DNA from: Pseudomonadota bacterium
GTDB lineage: Bacteria > Pseudomonadota > Alphaproteobacteria > Rickettsiales > UBA3002
Length of the DNA: 64,000 nt
Direction of reading: 5' to 3'
NCBI GenBank assembly: GCA_040384265.1
Contig: JAZKJM010000003.1
Coordinates: 286,711 to 350,710 of the forward strand
Shown here one piece after another: positions 53,330 through 62,818 of this stretch (the first letter of the stretch is position 1; the number at the start of each line of letters is the position of its first letter). The position numbers and the translations under genes are program-made. The notes under the pieces are model-generated. The model did not search any database. It saw only the letters and a list, made by a program, of their open reading frames with translations, and was not told where the DNA came from.

Positions 53330-53980
53330 TTACGCCGCTTTTTTTGTCAGTGCCTCGGTATAGGTCGCTTCGGTTTTGGCGCGGACTTCTTCGGCGGTGA
53401 CGCCATCGGCCAGTTCGATGAGGTGCATGGTGCCGTCGATGATTTCGAAGACGCATAGATCGGTGATGATGAGATCGACCACGCCGATCCCGGTCATCGG
53501 CAGGTTGCACTCATGCACCAGCTTGGCGGAGCCGTCTTTCGCGTTATGTTCCATGATGACGACGACGCGTTTGACGCCCGCGACCAGATCCATCGCCCCG
53601 CCCATGCCTTTGACCATTTTGCCCGGCACCATCCAGTTGGCCAGATCGCCGCGCTCGTTCACCTGCAGCGCGCCGAGGATGGTGAGATCGACATGGCCGC
53701 CGCGGATCATCGCGAAGCTCATCGCGGAATCGAAATAGACGCTCTCGGGCAGTTCGGAGATGGTTTGTTTGCCGGCGTTGATGAGGTCGGCGTCTTCCGT
53801 GCCGGCGATGGGGAAGGGGCCCATGCCGAGCATGCCGTTTTCCGATTGCAAGGTGACATGCATGCCGGTGGGGATGTGGTTGGCGACCAGCGTCGGGATG
53901 CCGATGCCGAGGTTCACATAGAAGCCGTCTTTCAACTCACGCGCCGCGCGGGCGCACATTTGATCTCTATCCCAGGGCAT
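53330..53980 (-). CDS. scoB: 3-oxoacid CoA-transferase subunit B
   Basis: Start at MPWDRDQM (53980) with GGAG upstream. SENGMLGMGP contains the catalytic Glu. Confidence 0.9.
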   Translation of the reverse strand: MPWDRDQMCARAARELKDGFYVNLGIGIPTLVANHIPTGMHVTLQSENGMLGMGPFPIAGTEDADLINAGKQTISELPESVYFDSAMSFAMIRGGHVDLTILGALQVNERGDLANWMVPGKMVKGMGGAMDLVAGVKRVVVIMEHNAKDGSAKLVHECNLPMTGIGVVDLIITDLCVFEIIDGTMHLIELADGVTAEEVRAKTEATYTEALTKKAA

Positions 53981-53993
53981 AACTACTCCGTCG

Positions 53994-54842
53994 CTATTGG
54001 TTGCCAATATTCACGAGTGTCACGCGGCGATTGAGCGCGCGCCCCTCATCGGTTTCATTGCTTGCCACGGGCTGCGCTTCGCCAAACCCGGCGACGGTGA
54101 GCACGGCGCTGTGGATGCCATAGTTCTCACTCAGCGCGCGCTTTACGCTGACGGCGCGGCGGTAGGATAAATCCTTGTTATAGTCGTCGCTGCCCTTGGC
54201 ATCGGTATGGCCCTCGACGCGGATATGGGCACCGGCCAGTTGTGGCGATCGCAGTGCGGCGGCAATCTCATCCACCTGCCCATGGCCGGCGGCGAGGATT
54301 TTGTCGGAATCAAATTCAAAATTGACTGTCAGATCGACTTTTTTGCCCGGCTGGACGAGGGCGGCGGCCAGCTCCGGCGCGCGCATCACGGGCCGCGGGG
54401 CGACGGCGACCTGCACGACGGGTGCGGCGTCGATCCAGATCACGCCATCCATGGTGGTGTTGACCATATCGACCTGGCTGAGCTGGTTGCGCTGGAGGCG
54501 CGCGCCGGTGATATCGACATTGCTGAAGGACACATGCTCGAACACCGCCCCGGCGAAATCGGCGCCCGCGAGGTCAGCATTGGTGAAGGTGACGTTGCGC
54601 AGCAGCGCACCGCGAAAATCCGCACCATTAAGCTGGGTGTTGGTGAAGGTGGCGCCGGTCAGGTCGCTTTGCAGGAAGCTTGCCTGATTGGCATCGGTGT
54701 TGACGAACTGCGCGTCGCGCAGCAGTTGCTTGCTGAAGTTGAAGCCGTTCAGCGTGGCGTTGGCGTAGGATTTGGCGAAGGCGGGTGCGCCTGCCATTAC
54801 GCTTACTGCCAGCACCATTGCGATCATTGCCTGCCGTATCAT
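53994..54842 (-). CDS. secreted pentapeptide-repeat protein fused to OmpA-like peptidoglycan-binding domain
   Basis: 282 aa. Signal peptide ...AGAPAFA. About 25 pentapeptide repeats (e.g. ANQASFLQSDLTGATFTNTQLNGADFRGALLRNVTFTNADLAGADFAGAVF). C-terminal OmpA_C block VEGHTDAKGSDDYNKDLSYRRA...NRRV. Confidence 0.8.
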   Translation of the reverse strand: MIRQAMIAMVLAVSVMAGAPAFAKSYANATLNGFNFSKQLLRDAQFVNTDANQASFLQSDLTGATFTNTQLNGADFRGALLRNVTFTNADLAGADFAGAVFEHVSFSNVDITGARLQRNQLSQVDMVNTTMDGVIWIDAAPVVQVAVAPRPVMRAPELAAALVQPGKKVDLTVNFEFDSDKILAAGHGQVDEIAAALRSPQLAGAHIRVEGHTDAKGSDDYNKDLSYRRAVSVKRALSENYGIHSAVLTVAGFGEAQPVASNETDEGRALNRRVTLVNIGNQ

Positions 54843-54862
54843 TAGTCTCTCCTGAGATAAGT

Positions 54863-55579
54863 TTAAGCCGCGCGTGTGGTGCGCTGCTCGATGCGTTTTT
54901 CGAAACTCTTCCCTAAAAACACCCGCTGGACGAAAATGCCCGGGGTGTGGATGTCATCCGCCGGGAGCTCGCCGACTTCGACCAGCTCCTCGACTTCGGC
55001 GACGGTGACGCGGCCTGCCATCGCCATCATCGGGTTGAAATTACGGGCGGTTTTGCGGAAAATGAGGTTGCCTGCTTTATCGCCTTTCCAGGCTTTGACG
55101 ATGGCAAGATCGGCGGTGAGGCCGGTTTCCATCACGTAGGTTTCGCCGTGGAACTCGCGGATTTCCTTACCTTCGGCGACGACGGTGCCGACGCCGGTTT
55201 TGGTGAAGAAGGCGGGGATGCCCGCGCCGCCAGCACGCACGCGCTCGGCAAGGGTGCCCTGCGGGTTGAATTCGATGGCCAGTTCGCCAGCAAGATATTG
55301 TTTCTCAAAGGTTTTATTTTCGCCGACATAGGAGGAGATCATTTTTGCGATCTGGTGGTCTTTGAGCAGGATGCCCAGGCCAAACTCATCCACCCCGCAA
55401 TTGTTGCTGATGACGGTGAGGCCCTTGATGCCTGAGGCTTTGAGCGCGGCGATGCTGTGCTCGGGGATGCCGCACAGGCCGAAACCGCCGGACATAATGG
55501 TCATGCCGTCGTGCAGGAGGCCTGCGAGCGCGGCGGTGGCGTCGGGGTAGATTTTACCGATCGGGGCGGGGCTGCTCAT
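54863..55579 (-). CDS. scoA: 3-oxoacid CoA-transferase subunit A
   Basis: 238 aa. The GGFGLCGIPE and ENKTFEKQYLAGEL blocks are typical of ScoA/AtoD. Confidence 0.9.
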   Translation of the reverse strand: MSSPAPIGKIYPDATAALAGLLHDGMTIMSGGFGLCGIPEHSIAALKASGIKGLTVISNNCGVDEFGLGILLKDHQIAKMISSYVGENKTFEKQYLAGELAIEFNPQGTLAERVRAGGAGIPAFFTKTGVGTVVAEGKEIREFHGETYVMETGLTADLAIVKAWKGDKAGNLIFRKTARNFNPMMAMAGRVTVAEVEELVEVGELPADDIHTPGIFVQRVFLGKSFEKRIEQRTTRAA

Positions 55580-55757
55580 GACTGTTGCTCCTCAGTCGAT
55601 GGGGATGAAAATATCTTTGTACAGAAGCCATAAAACAGGTCAAGCAGTGGTAATCAAGCAAATCACGCGTATAATAAAATGACAGATTTACAAGTGCGGC
55701 GCGTTGTTTTAATAAAATGTTAACAAATTTTGGTTAATAGTTATTAAGGAAGTTATT

Positions 55758-56903
55758 GTGCATGTAGCAACACAACCGGTAAATTCTGCAATGAATGTTA
55801 CCCGTGAGGATATTGAGCTGCTGGTGCGGGAGCCCTCCGCGGCCATGCGTCAGCGCATCTGCGAGAAAATCGCGGGCGGCTATAATTCCGGTGACTATAG
55901 CGAAAGTGAAGTGCGCCTTGCCAACGAGATTTTCCGCCTCCTGCTGAAGGATACGGAAATGAAAGTGCGGCTGCTGATGGCGGAAGCGCTGAAAGCGAAT
56001 ATGCAGGCCCCGCATGACCTGGTGCTCGCCCTCGCCAATGATTGCGCGGAAGTGGCGACGCTGGTGCTGGAACATTCCAGCGTGCTGAGCGAGGATGATC
56101 TGGTGCTGATTGTGCGGGCGACGCGTGAGCACCCCAAATTGCGCGCCATCGCGCGGCGGGAATCGATCTCGAAGCAATTGTCGCATGAGCTGATTGAAAA
56201 ACGTGACCATGACATCACCCGCGAGCTGCTGGCCAACAAGGGCGCCTCGATTGCCGATACCAGCATGGATGTGATTTTGGAAGAATTCGCCAAGGATAAT
56301 TCCGTGCTGGAGGAATTGGTGCTGCGCGGCGGGTTGCCGTATGCATTCGCTGAGCGGTTATTCGCGCAAGTATCGGATACGCTGAAAAAGCAGCTAACGC
56401 GCAAATACCGCATGGGCAACCATGTGGTTGAAGAAGTGACGACCAACGCCCGCGAGACGGCAGTGCTGCAGTTCATTTCGCCGTGGATGAGCCAGCGCGA
56501 TATCAACCATCTGGTGGATGATATGCACCGCAACCGCCGCCTGAGCGATTCGGTTGTCATCCGCTCGCTATGCATTGGCGATTTACGGTTTTTCGAAACG
56601 GCGATTGCCAAGCGGGTCGGCATCCCGACCAGCAACGCGCGCATTCTCGTGATCGATCCGGGCCCGCTGGGTTTCAAGGCGCTGTATGAATCATCCGGCC
56701 TGCCCGCCTCGTTTTATGAGGCGATCCACACCATGCTGCGCTTCGCGCTGGAGGAAACGCAGTATGGCAATTACCGCACCAATGATTTTGGCGCACGGAT
56801 GGTGGGCAAGATCCGCTCGGCGGGGTATGATAAAACGGTCGAGAATATGGAGCCGCTGTTGAACATGATTGGCCAGGCCATGCACGAACCGAAAATCCAT
56901 TGA
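55758..56903 (+). CDS. DUF2336 family protein, paralogue 1
   Basis: 381 aa, all-helical repeat protein. AAGGAAG lies 5 nt before GTG 55758. The blocks VRLLMAEAL and ALANDCAEVATLVLEHSSVLSEDDLVLIV match my recollection of DUF2336. Family assignment is from memory. Confidence 0.6.
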   Translation: MHVATQPVNSAMNVTREDIELLVREPSAAMRQRICEKIAGGYNSGDYSESEVRLANEIFRLLLKDTEMKVRLLMAEALKANMQAPHDLVLALANDCAEVATLVLEHSSVLSEDDLVLIVRATREHPKLRAIARRESISKQLSHELIEKRDHDITRELLANKGASIADTSMDVILEEFAKDNSVLEELVLRGGLPYAFAERLFAQVSDTLKKQLTRKYRMGNHVVEEVTTNARETAVLQFISPWMSQRDINHLVDDMHRNRRLSDSVVIRSLCIGDLRFFETAIAKRVGIPTSNARILVIDPGPLGFKALYESSGLPASFYEAIHTMLRFALEETQYGNYRTNDFGARMVGKIRSAGYDKTVENMEPLLNMIGQAMHEPKIH

Positions 56904-58033
56904 TTCCCATGCCCACACAGAATGCTGTCATCCTAACGCCGATCGATGTGCAGAATCTGCTGCATGACGACTCCTCGGATTCGCGTGCGGCGGTGCTCGA
57001 TAAAATTTCCGTCCATTACAACGACGATAAATTCGCTGGCCGCGAGCGCGATATTGCGGAGCAGATTTTCCGCATGCTGATGAAGGATGTGGCGCTGCGC
57101 GTGCGCGAGACGCTGGCCGACCGCATCAAGGATAACCCGGCCGTGCCGCGCGATATTGTGCTGTCGCTGGCGAACGATGTCGATACGGTGGCCCTGCCGG
57201 TGCTGGTGCGCAGCACTGTGCTGAGCGATGCGGATCTGGTGAACATCGTCGAAAAAAGCCACGATATGGGCAAGCTGTTGGCGATTTCCAAACGCGAAAC
57301 GGTTTCGACGCGGGTGAGTGATGCGCTGGTCGAAACGCGCTATGCGCAGGTGATGACCTCGCTGCTGACCAACGAGGGCGCGACCATCAGCGACCGTTCG
57401 CTGGAGAAAATCGCTGAGGATTTCCAGCATGACGCCGGGGTGATCGAAAGCCTGATGCAGCAGCCGAAACTGCCGATTGCAGTGGTAGAGCGCATCATCG
57501 GCCAGGCGAGTGAAGCGGTGGCCGCGGAGCTGCGCAGCAAGTACAAACTCAACGAATCCGACGCCAAGCATGATTCCGGCGCGGCGCGCGAGCATTTTAT
57601 GCTGCGCCTGCTGGAGGGCCATCTCTCGGCAGAAGATACGCGCGTGTTGGTCGCCCAGATGGCAGTGGAGGATCGGCTCACGCCATCCATTGTGATGACG
57701 GCGCTATGCCGTGGCCAGCTGCTGTTTTTCACCTGCGCGCTGGCGCAATTTTCAGGCATTCCGCTCGTCAACGCGATGCGGCTGGTGGCCGATCGCGGTG
57801 AGCTTGGTTTCCATGGTATTTACCAGAAGTCCGGCTTGCCGGAATCGATGCAGGATGCGATCCGCCTGCTGCTGCGCGCGGTGCAGGATATGGAGGGCGA
57901 TTCGTCCATCCCCGGCTCCATGCTGTATGCCAACCGCCTTGCCGAGCGGGTGATTATGGCGGGCGAGCATCATCAGGTCGAATACCTGCCGTATTTCATC
58001 GCGCTGATCCGCCAGAACGCGCAGCGGCCGTAG
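56900..58033 (+). CDS. DUF2336 family protein, paralogue 2
   Basis: 377 aa, collinear with paralogue 1 (VRETLADRI, SLANDVDTVALPVLVRSTVLSDADLVNIV). Start overlaps the upstream stop. Confidence 0.6.
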   Translation: MIPMPTQNAVILTPIDVQNLLHDDSSDSRAAVLDKISVHYNDDKFAGRERDIAEQIFRMLMKDVALRVRETLADRIKDNPAVPRDIVLSLANDVDTVALPVLVRSTVLSDADLVNIVEKSHDMGKLLAISKRETVSTRVSDALVETRYAQVMTSLLTNEGATISDRSLEKIAEDFQHDAGVIESLMQQPKLPIAVVERIIGQASEAVAAELRSKYKLNESDAKHDSGAAREHFMLRLLEGHLSAEDTRVLVAQMAVEDRLTPSIVMTALCRGQLLFFTCALAQFSGIPLVNAMRLVADRGELGFHGIYQKSGLPESMQDAIRLLLRAVQDMEGDSSIPGSMLYANRLAERVIMAGEHHQVEYLPYFIALIRQNAQRP

Positions 58034-58043
58034 CACCAGTTAT

Positions 58044-58145
58044 AGTGTTTCTTCATTATCTTCGCTCGCTTCGCGGCACAACATCGCCGCTCTGGGCGAC
58101 GATGTTGATAGTATTTCCGAATCAAGGTTATTCGGAAATACTATG
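58044..58145 (+). repeat. two-hairpin intergenic element, copy 2 (upstream of nadK)
   Basis: Same architecture as 34351-34452. Hairpin 1 is CAACATCGCCGC/GCGACGATGTTG. Hairpin 2 is AGTATTTCCGAAT-N7-ATTCGGAAATACT (58110-58142). Confidence 0.85.
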
Positions 58146-58179
58146 TTGTCATCGGCGGTGGGCGTGGTAACGTGCCGTA

Positions 58180-58962
58180 ATGGAAAGCCCAATGCGCATC
58201 GCCTGCCTTGCTGACGACACGCCCAAAGCGCAGAGCGCCTTTGCGGAGCTTTCGGCGCAATATGATTTCCTCGATATCACCGGCAAACGCACCAAACCGG
58301 ATGTGATTGTCGCCCTTGGCGGTGATGGGTTTATGCTGCAGGTGCTGCACAAATACATGCACCGCAATATCCCGGTTTACGGCATGAATTGCGGCTCGGT
58401 GGGGTTCCTGCTCAACAGCTATCAGGTCGGCAATTTGCAAGAGCGTATCGAGACCGCGCGGCGGGCGACGCTGCACCCGCTGGTGATGTATGCGCGCACG
58501 GCGGATGGCAAGGAGCGGCAGGAGCTGGCGATCAACGAAGTATCGCTGTTTCGCGAAAGCCGGCAGGCTGCCAAATTGCGCATCTCGATCGACCATGTGG
58601 TGCGCGTCAACGAGCTGATTGCGGATGGGATTCTGGTGTCGACACCGGCCGGATCGACCGCCTATAATTTTTCCGCCGGTGGCCCGATTGTGCCGCTCAA
58701 CGGCGATTTGCTGGCGCTCACGCCGATTGCGCCGTTCCGCCCGCGGCGTTGGCGCGGGGCGCTGCTCAACCATCAATCGAGCATCACGTTTGAGGTGCTG
58801 GAAGCCGATAAGCGGCCGGTGAGCGCGGTCGCCGATTCGACTGAAGTGCGCGATGTGGTGAGTGTTTCGGTGTTCGAGGATCGCGGCATTTTCCTGTCGT
58901 TGCTGTTCGACCCCGAGCGCAACCTGGAAGAACGCATCACCAGCGAACAGTTTTCATTTTAG
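58180..58962 (+). CDS. nadK: NAD kinase
   Basis: 260 aa with GGDGFML and the NE..L....R / TPAGSTAYN blocks. Alternative start at ATG 58192. Confidence 0.85.
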   Translation: MESPMRIACLADDTPKAQSAFAELSAQYDFLDITGKRTKPDVIVALGGDGFMLQVLHKYMHRNIPVYGMNCGSVGFLLNSYQVGNLQERIETARRATLHPLVMYARTADGKERQELAINEVSLFRESRQAAKLRISIDHVVRVNELIADGILVSTPAGSTAYNFSAGGPIVPLNGDLLALTPIAPFRPRRWRGALLNHQSSITFEVLEADKRPVSAVADSTEVRDVVSVSVFEDRGIFLSLLFDPERNLEERITSEQFSF

Positions 58963-58971
58963 GACCACGCC

Positions 58972-59889
58972 ATGAACCAGAGCCGCGAAACGACGATTGC
59001 CATTATCATGTTCATCGGCGTGCTGCTGGGCAATACGATTATCTTTTCGATCGTGCCGCGCCTGTCGATTGCGGAATATGGGTTCAGCTATAACCCGTTC
59101 CAGATTCTGTTCTGCTATAGCGCCATCGCGACGCTGTGCATGGTGCCATGGGCGCTGAAGCAGAGCCGCAAGGGATTGGCGACCAAGCGCTGGAAACATT
59201 ACAGCCTGCGTGCGGTGCTGGAATATGGCGCTTATGCGCTGACGCTGACCTCGCTGGGCTATCTCGGTGATGATTTCACCTTGCCGATGCATACGGCGCT
59301 TAACTTCATCACGCCGATTCTGGCGACGATTGCAACCATTGTGATCCTCAAGGAGCGCAGCGGGTTCCATACCTGGGTGGCGCTGATTGCGGGGATTATC
59401 GGGGTGTTTGTTATCACCCGTCCGGGCATGTTGCCGCTGAGCCCGGGCGTGCTGTATGTGCTCGGCGCGGCGATCGGGTTTTCGCTGTGCGGCGTGGTTA
59501 TCAAGCTGCTCACGAGCACCGAATCGCCGATGCATATTGCGTTTTACATGCTGGTGATGACGACGATTTTCTCGATCCCGATGGGGCTTATGCATTGGAC
59601 CAACCCGTCAGCGGAAGGCTGGATGTGGCTGGCGGTGATCGGTGTGCTAACCTACACGGTGCAGGTGCTGGTGGCCAAGGCGATTGCGAAAGTGCCGTAT
59701 ATGGTCATCATCCCGCTCAATTTTGTGCAGCTGATTTTCTCGACGATTTTCTCGTTCCTGATTTACGCAAAAATGATCGATGGCTGGACGTTCGCCGGGG
59801 CGCTCGTCATCCTTGCCGGGACGATTTATAATGCGCGCCGCAACCGTGCGATTGCCGCACGCGAGGCCGCCGTCGCGACGGCTATGTAG
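58972..59889 (+). CDS. DMT superfamily (EamA-like) transporter
   Basis: 305 aa, ten predicted TM helices arranged as two EamA-like halves. Confidence 0.75.
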   Translation: MNQSRETTIAIIMFIGVLLGNTIIFSIVPRLSIAEYGFSYNPFQILFCYSAIATLCMVPWALKQSRKGLATKRWKHYSLRAVLEYGAYALTLTSLGYLGDDFTLPMHTALNFITPILATIATIVILKERSGFHTWVALIAGIIGVFVITRPGMLPLSPGVLYVLGAAIGFSLCGVVIKLLTSTESPMHIAFYMLVMTTIFSIPMGLMHWTNPSAEGWMWLAVIGVLTYTVQVLVAKAIAKVPYMVIIPLNFVQLIFSTIFSFLIYAKMIDGWTFAGALVILAGTIYNARRNRAIAAREAAVATAM

Positions 59890-59892
59890 CCG

Positions 59893-61182
59893 ATGAATCT
59901 GCTGTTCATTCACCCGAATATGCCGGGCCAGTATAAGCATCTGGCGCGTGCGTTTGGGGCTGAGGGCGGGCACCGGATTTTCTTTATTACCAAGCATAAA
60001 ACGGCTGAGATTCCCGGGGTGACGCGGATTACCTACGGCATGGGCAAAGAGCCTGCGCCGCAGACGCATCGCTATCTGCTGGGCACTGCGCGAGCGGTGT
60101 TGCAGGGGCAGCAGGTCTGGCGGGTGTGCCACGCCTTGCGCACGCGCGAGAATTTTACGCCCGATGTGGTGATTGCCCATCCCGGTTGGGGCGATATGCT
60201 GTTCATCAAGGAGATTTTCCCGAACGCGAAAGTGCTGAGCTTTTTTGAATTTTACTATCAGGCGAAGGGCGCGGATGTTGGGTTCGGCGAGGCGGTGAAC
60301 GATGACGATCTCGCCCGCATCCGCATGAAGAATGTCACCAACCTGATGAGTCTTGAGCAGGCGGATTGGGGGGTGAGCCCGACCGTGTGGCAATGGAGCC
60401 TGAACCCGCCCGCCTATCAACCCAAAATCAGCGTGCTGCATGATGGGGTGGATGTGGAGCGCTGCGTGCCCGATGCGGCGGCGAACTTCACCTTGCCGAA
60501 TGGAAAAATCTTGCGGCCCGGCGATGAGGTGGTGACGTATATTGCGCGGAACTTTGAGCCGTATCGCGGCTTCCCGACCTTCATGAACGCGGCGGAGATA
60601 TTGCTGCGTGCGCGGCCCAACCTGCATATCATCGCCATCGGTGCGGATGAGGTGAGCTATGGCCGCAAGGCGCCGCCGGGCACCAGTTACCGCGAGATGC
60701 TGATGAAGGAAGTGGCGCTGGATCTGTCGCGCATTCATTTCATCGGCACGGTGCCGTATGACCAGCTGCTGGCAGCGTTTCAGGTAAGCGCGGCGCATCT
60801 GTACCTGACATTTCCGTTCGTGCTGTCATGGTCGATGCTGGAGGCGATGGCCTGCGGGGTGGCGCTGGTGGCGTCCAACACTAAACCAGTGCTGGAAGTG
60901 GTCGAGGATGGGGTGAATGGCCTGCTGGTGGATTTCTTTTCGCCGGAGGATGTGGCGGCGAAAGTGATGCAGGTGCTCGATGACCCGACACGTAATCAGG
61001 CCATGCGGGCGCAGGCGCGGGCGACGGTGGTGGACCGTTTTGCGCTGACGACATTATTGCCGCTGCATATGCAGCTGGTGCGCGACCTTGCGGCAGGGAA
61101 ACTGCCGACGGAAACTGCTGAGAAAATCAAAGCAGTGAGCCCGATTGCGCCGTATGCGCGGGCGCTGTGGTCGGGGGAGTAG
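59893..61182 (+). CDS. glycosyltransferase family 4-like
   Basis: 429 aa. C-terminal GT-B block SWSMLEAMACGVALVASNTKPVLEVVEDGVNGLLV (EX7E-type motif). Confidence 0.8.
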   Translation: MNLLFIHPNMPGQYKHLARAFGAEGGHRIFFITKHKTAEIPGVTRITYGMGKEPAPQTHRYLLGTARAVLQGQQVWRVCHALRTRENFTPDVVIAHPGWGDMLFIKEIFPNAKVLSFFEFYYQAKGADVGFGEAVNDDDLARIRMKNVTNLMSLEQADWGVSPTVWQWSLNPPAYQPKISVLHDGVDVERCVPDAAANFTLPNGKILRPGDEVVTYIARNFEPYRGFPTFMNAAEILLRARPNLHIIAIGADEVSYGRKAPPGTSYREMLMKEVALDLSRIHFIGTVPYDQLLAAFQVSAAHLYLTFPFVLSWSMLEAMACGVALVASNTKPVLEVVEDGVNGLLVDFFSPEDVAAKVMQVLDDPTRNQAMRAQARATVVDRFALTTLLPLHMQLVRDLAAGKLPTETAEKIKAVSPIAPYARALWSGE

Positions 61183-61366
61183 GGCGCTTTCTTCGCATCT
61201 GGCCCAGCCACACGGCCAGACCCCGGGACAGGCCCGGGGTGACAAGTGAGGTGGCGAGTGTGGAAAGTATGAGGGGCGAGGTCAGAAGACCTCGCGAGCC
61301 ATCAGCCCGCAGCGCGGCGCGCCATTGGGAGCGCAGGAGCGCGAGCAGGGCGCAACTCAATAACTA

Positions 61367-62818
61367 CTATTGGTCGTGGAATGCGTGGCCAAAAGATTGG
61401 CGGATGGGCTGCACCAGATAGGAAAGCATGGTGCGGTGGCCGGTGACGATGAGGGCCTCAGCGGGCATGCCAGCGGTGAGTTTGACGGTGGGGCCAAGGT
61501 CAGCGAGCTCGCCTTGCGCAATTTCGATGCGGGCGGTGTAGAAGCTTTCCTGGCTGCGCGCATCATCGACGCGGTCGGCGGAGACGGTCATCACTTTGCC
61601 TTGCACCGGCCGTAAATAGCGGGACTTGAAGGCGGTGAGGCGCACCTGCGCGAGGAGACCGGCATGCACCACATCAATATCCTGCGGTGAAACGCGCGCT
61701 TCGACGACGAGGCGGTCATCGCTTGGCACCAGCGTCATCAGCGGTTCGCCGGGTTGGACGACGCCCCCGACCGTGTGCACGGCAAGGCCGGTGATGGTAC
61801 CTGCCATGGGTGCTTTGACCTCGACACGGCGGGCGACATCGCCGGTGGCGCGGGCCTGTTCTTCGAGGCTGGAGAGCTGCACTTGCGTGTCTTTCAGCTC
61901 GGCATTCACCTTGTTGAGGAAATCATTCTTCGCATTGAGGATCGTGATTTTCGATTCGTTGATGGTCTGGCTGGCGCGGCTGACCATGGCTTGCGCTTGC
62001 CCGCGCTGGCCGACCATATCTGCCGACTGGCGCTGCAGGGCAAGCAGGCGCGGCTTAAGCGCGTTGCCGGTTTTGAGCAGGCCCTCGACCACGGTGATTT
62101 CCTGATCGAGCAGGCCGATCTGGGTGTTGGCGGCGGCGATCTGGTCACGCAGGCCACGGATTTCTTCGCCACTTTGCGCCGCTTTCTGGTTAAGCACGCT
62201 GACCTGACCATCCAGCGCTTCGCGGCGGGTGGTGAAGAGGCGGCGCTGGGTTTCGAGCGCCTCTTTCACTTTCGAATTGCTGGCTTCCTGCTTCAGGTAT
62301 TCGTCCGGGAAGGCAATGGCGGGCTTGCCGTCGCGCTCGGCGATGAGGCGTGCTTCGGTCGATTTAGCGGCGAGATACTGGCCGAGCACCTGATCGCTGC
62401 GGGCTTGCGCGTTGGTGCTATCGAGGCGCACGAGGATCTGGCCGGGGGTGACGACATCCCCATCACGCACGAGGATTTCCTTGATGATCCCGCCTTCGAG
62501 ATGCTGGATGGTTTTGCTGTTGGTTTCCGACACAATGCGCCCGGGCGCGATGGCGCCTGCGGCAATGGGCACAATGGCGGCCCACAGGCCGACCACGCCA
62601 AACAGCAGGATCATCAGCATGAGGCCCATGAGAATGGTGGGCCGGGCGCGCTGGTCGGGGGTGGTTTGATCGGCGGCGTCATACGGCAAGAGGCGCCCGG
62701 CGATGCGGTCGATCAGGCCGGTGGCGCGGCGCAGGCGGGCGACCTGTTTGCGGCCATGGCTGCGGGCGGGCAGGTTGCCGGAGCCCGGCGGCAGGATGGG
62801 CAGGTTGTGCTTGCTCAT
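61367..62818 (-). CDS. HlyD family type I secretion periplasmic adaptor
   Basis: 483 aa. N-terminal TM, long coiled-coil region, and C-terminal barrel block LTAGMPAEALIVTGHRTMLSYLVQP, typical of the HlyD/PrtE family. Confidence 0.9.
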   Translation of the reverse strand: MSKHNLPILPPGSGNLPARSHGRKQVARLRRATGLIDRIAGRLLPYDAADQTTPDQRARPTILMGLMLMILLFGVVGLWAAIVPIAAGAIAPGRIVSETNSKTIQHLEGGIIKEILVRDGDVVTPGQILVRLDSTNAQARSDQVLGQYLAAKSTEARLIAERDGKPAIAFPDEYLKQEASNSKVKEALETQRRLFTTRREALDGQVSVLNQKAAQSGEEIRGLRDQIAAANTQIGLLDQEITVVEGLLKTGNALKPRLLALQRQSADMVGQRGQAQAMVSRASQTINESKITILNAKNDFLNKVNAELKDTQVQLSSLEEQARATGDVARRVEVKAPMAGTITGLAVHTVGGVVQPGEPLMTLVPSDDRLVVEARVSPQDIDVVHAGLLAQVRLTAFKSRYLRPVQGKVMTVSADRVDDARSQESFYTARIEIAQGELADLGPTVKLTAGMPAEALIVTGHRTMLSYLVQPIRQSFGHAFHDQ

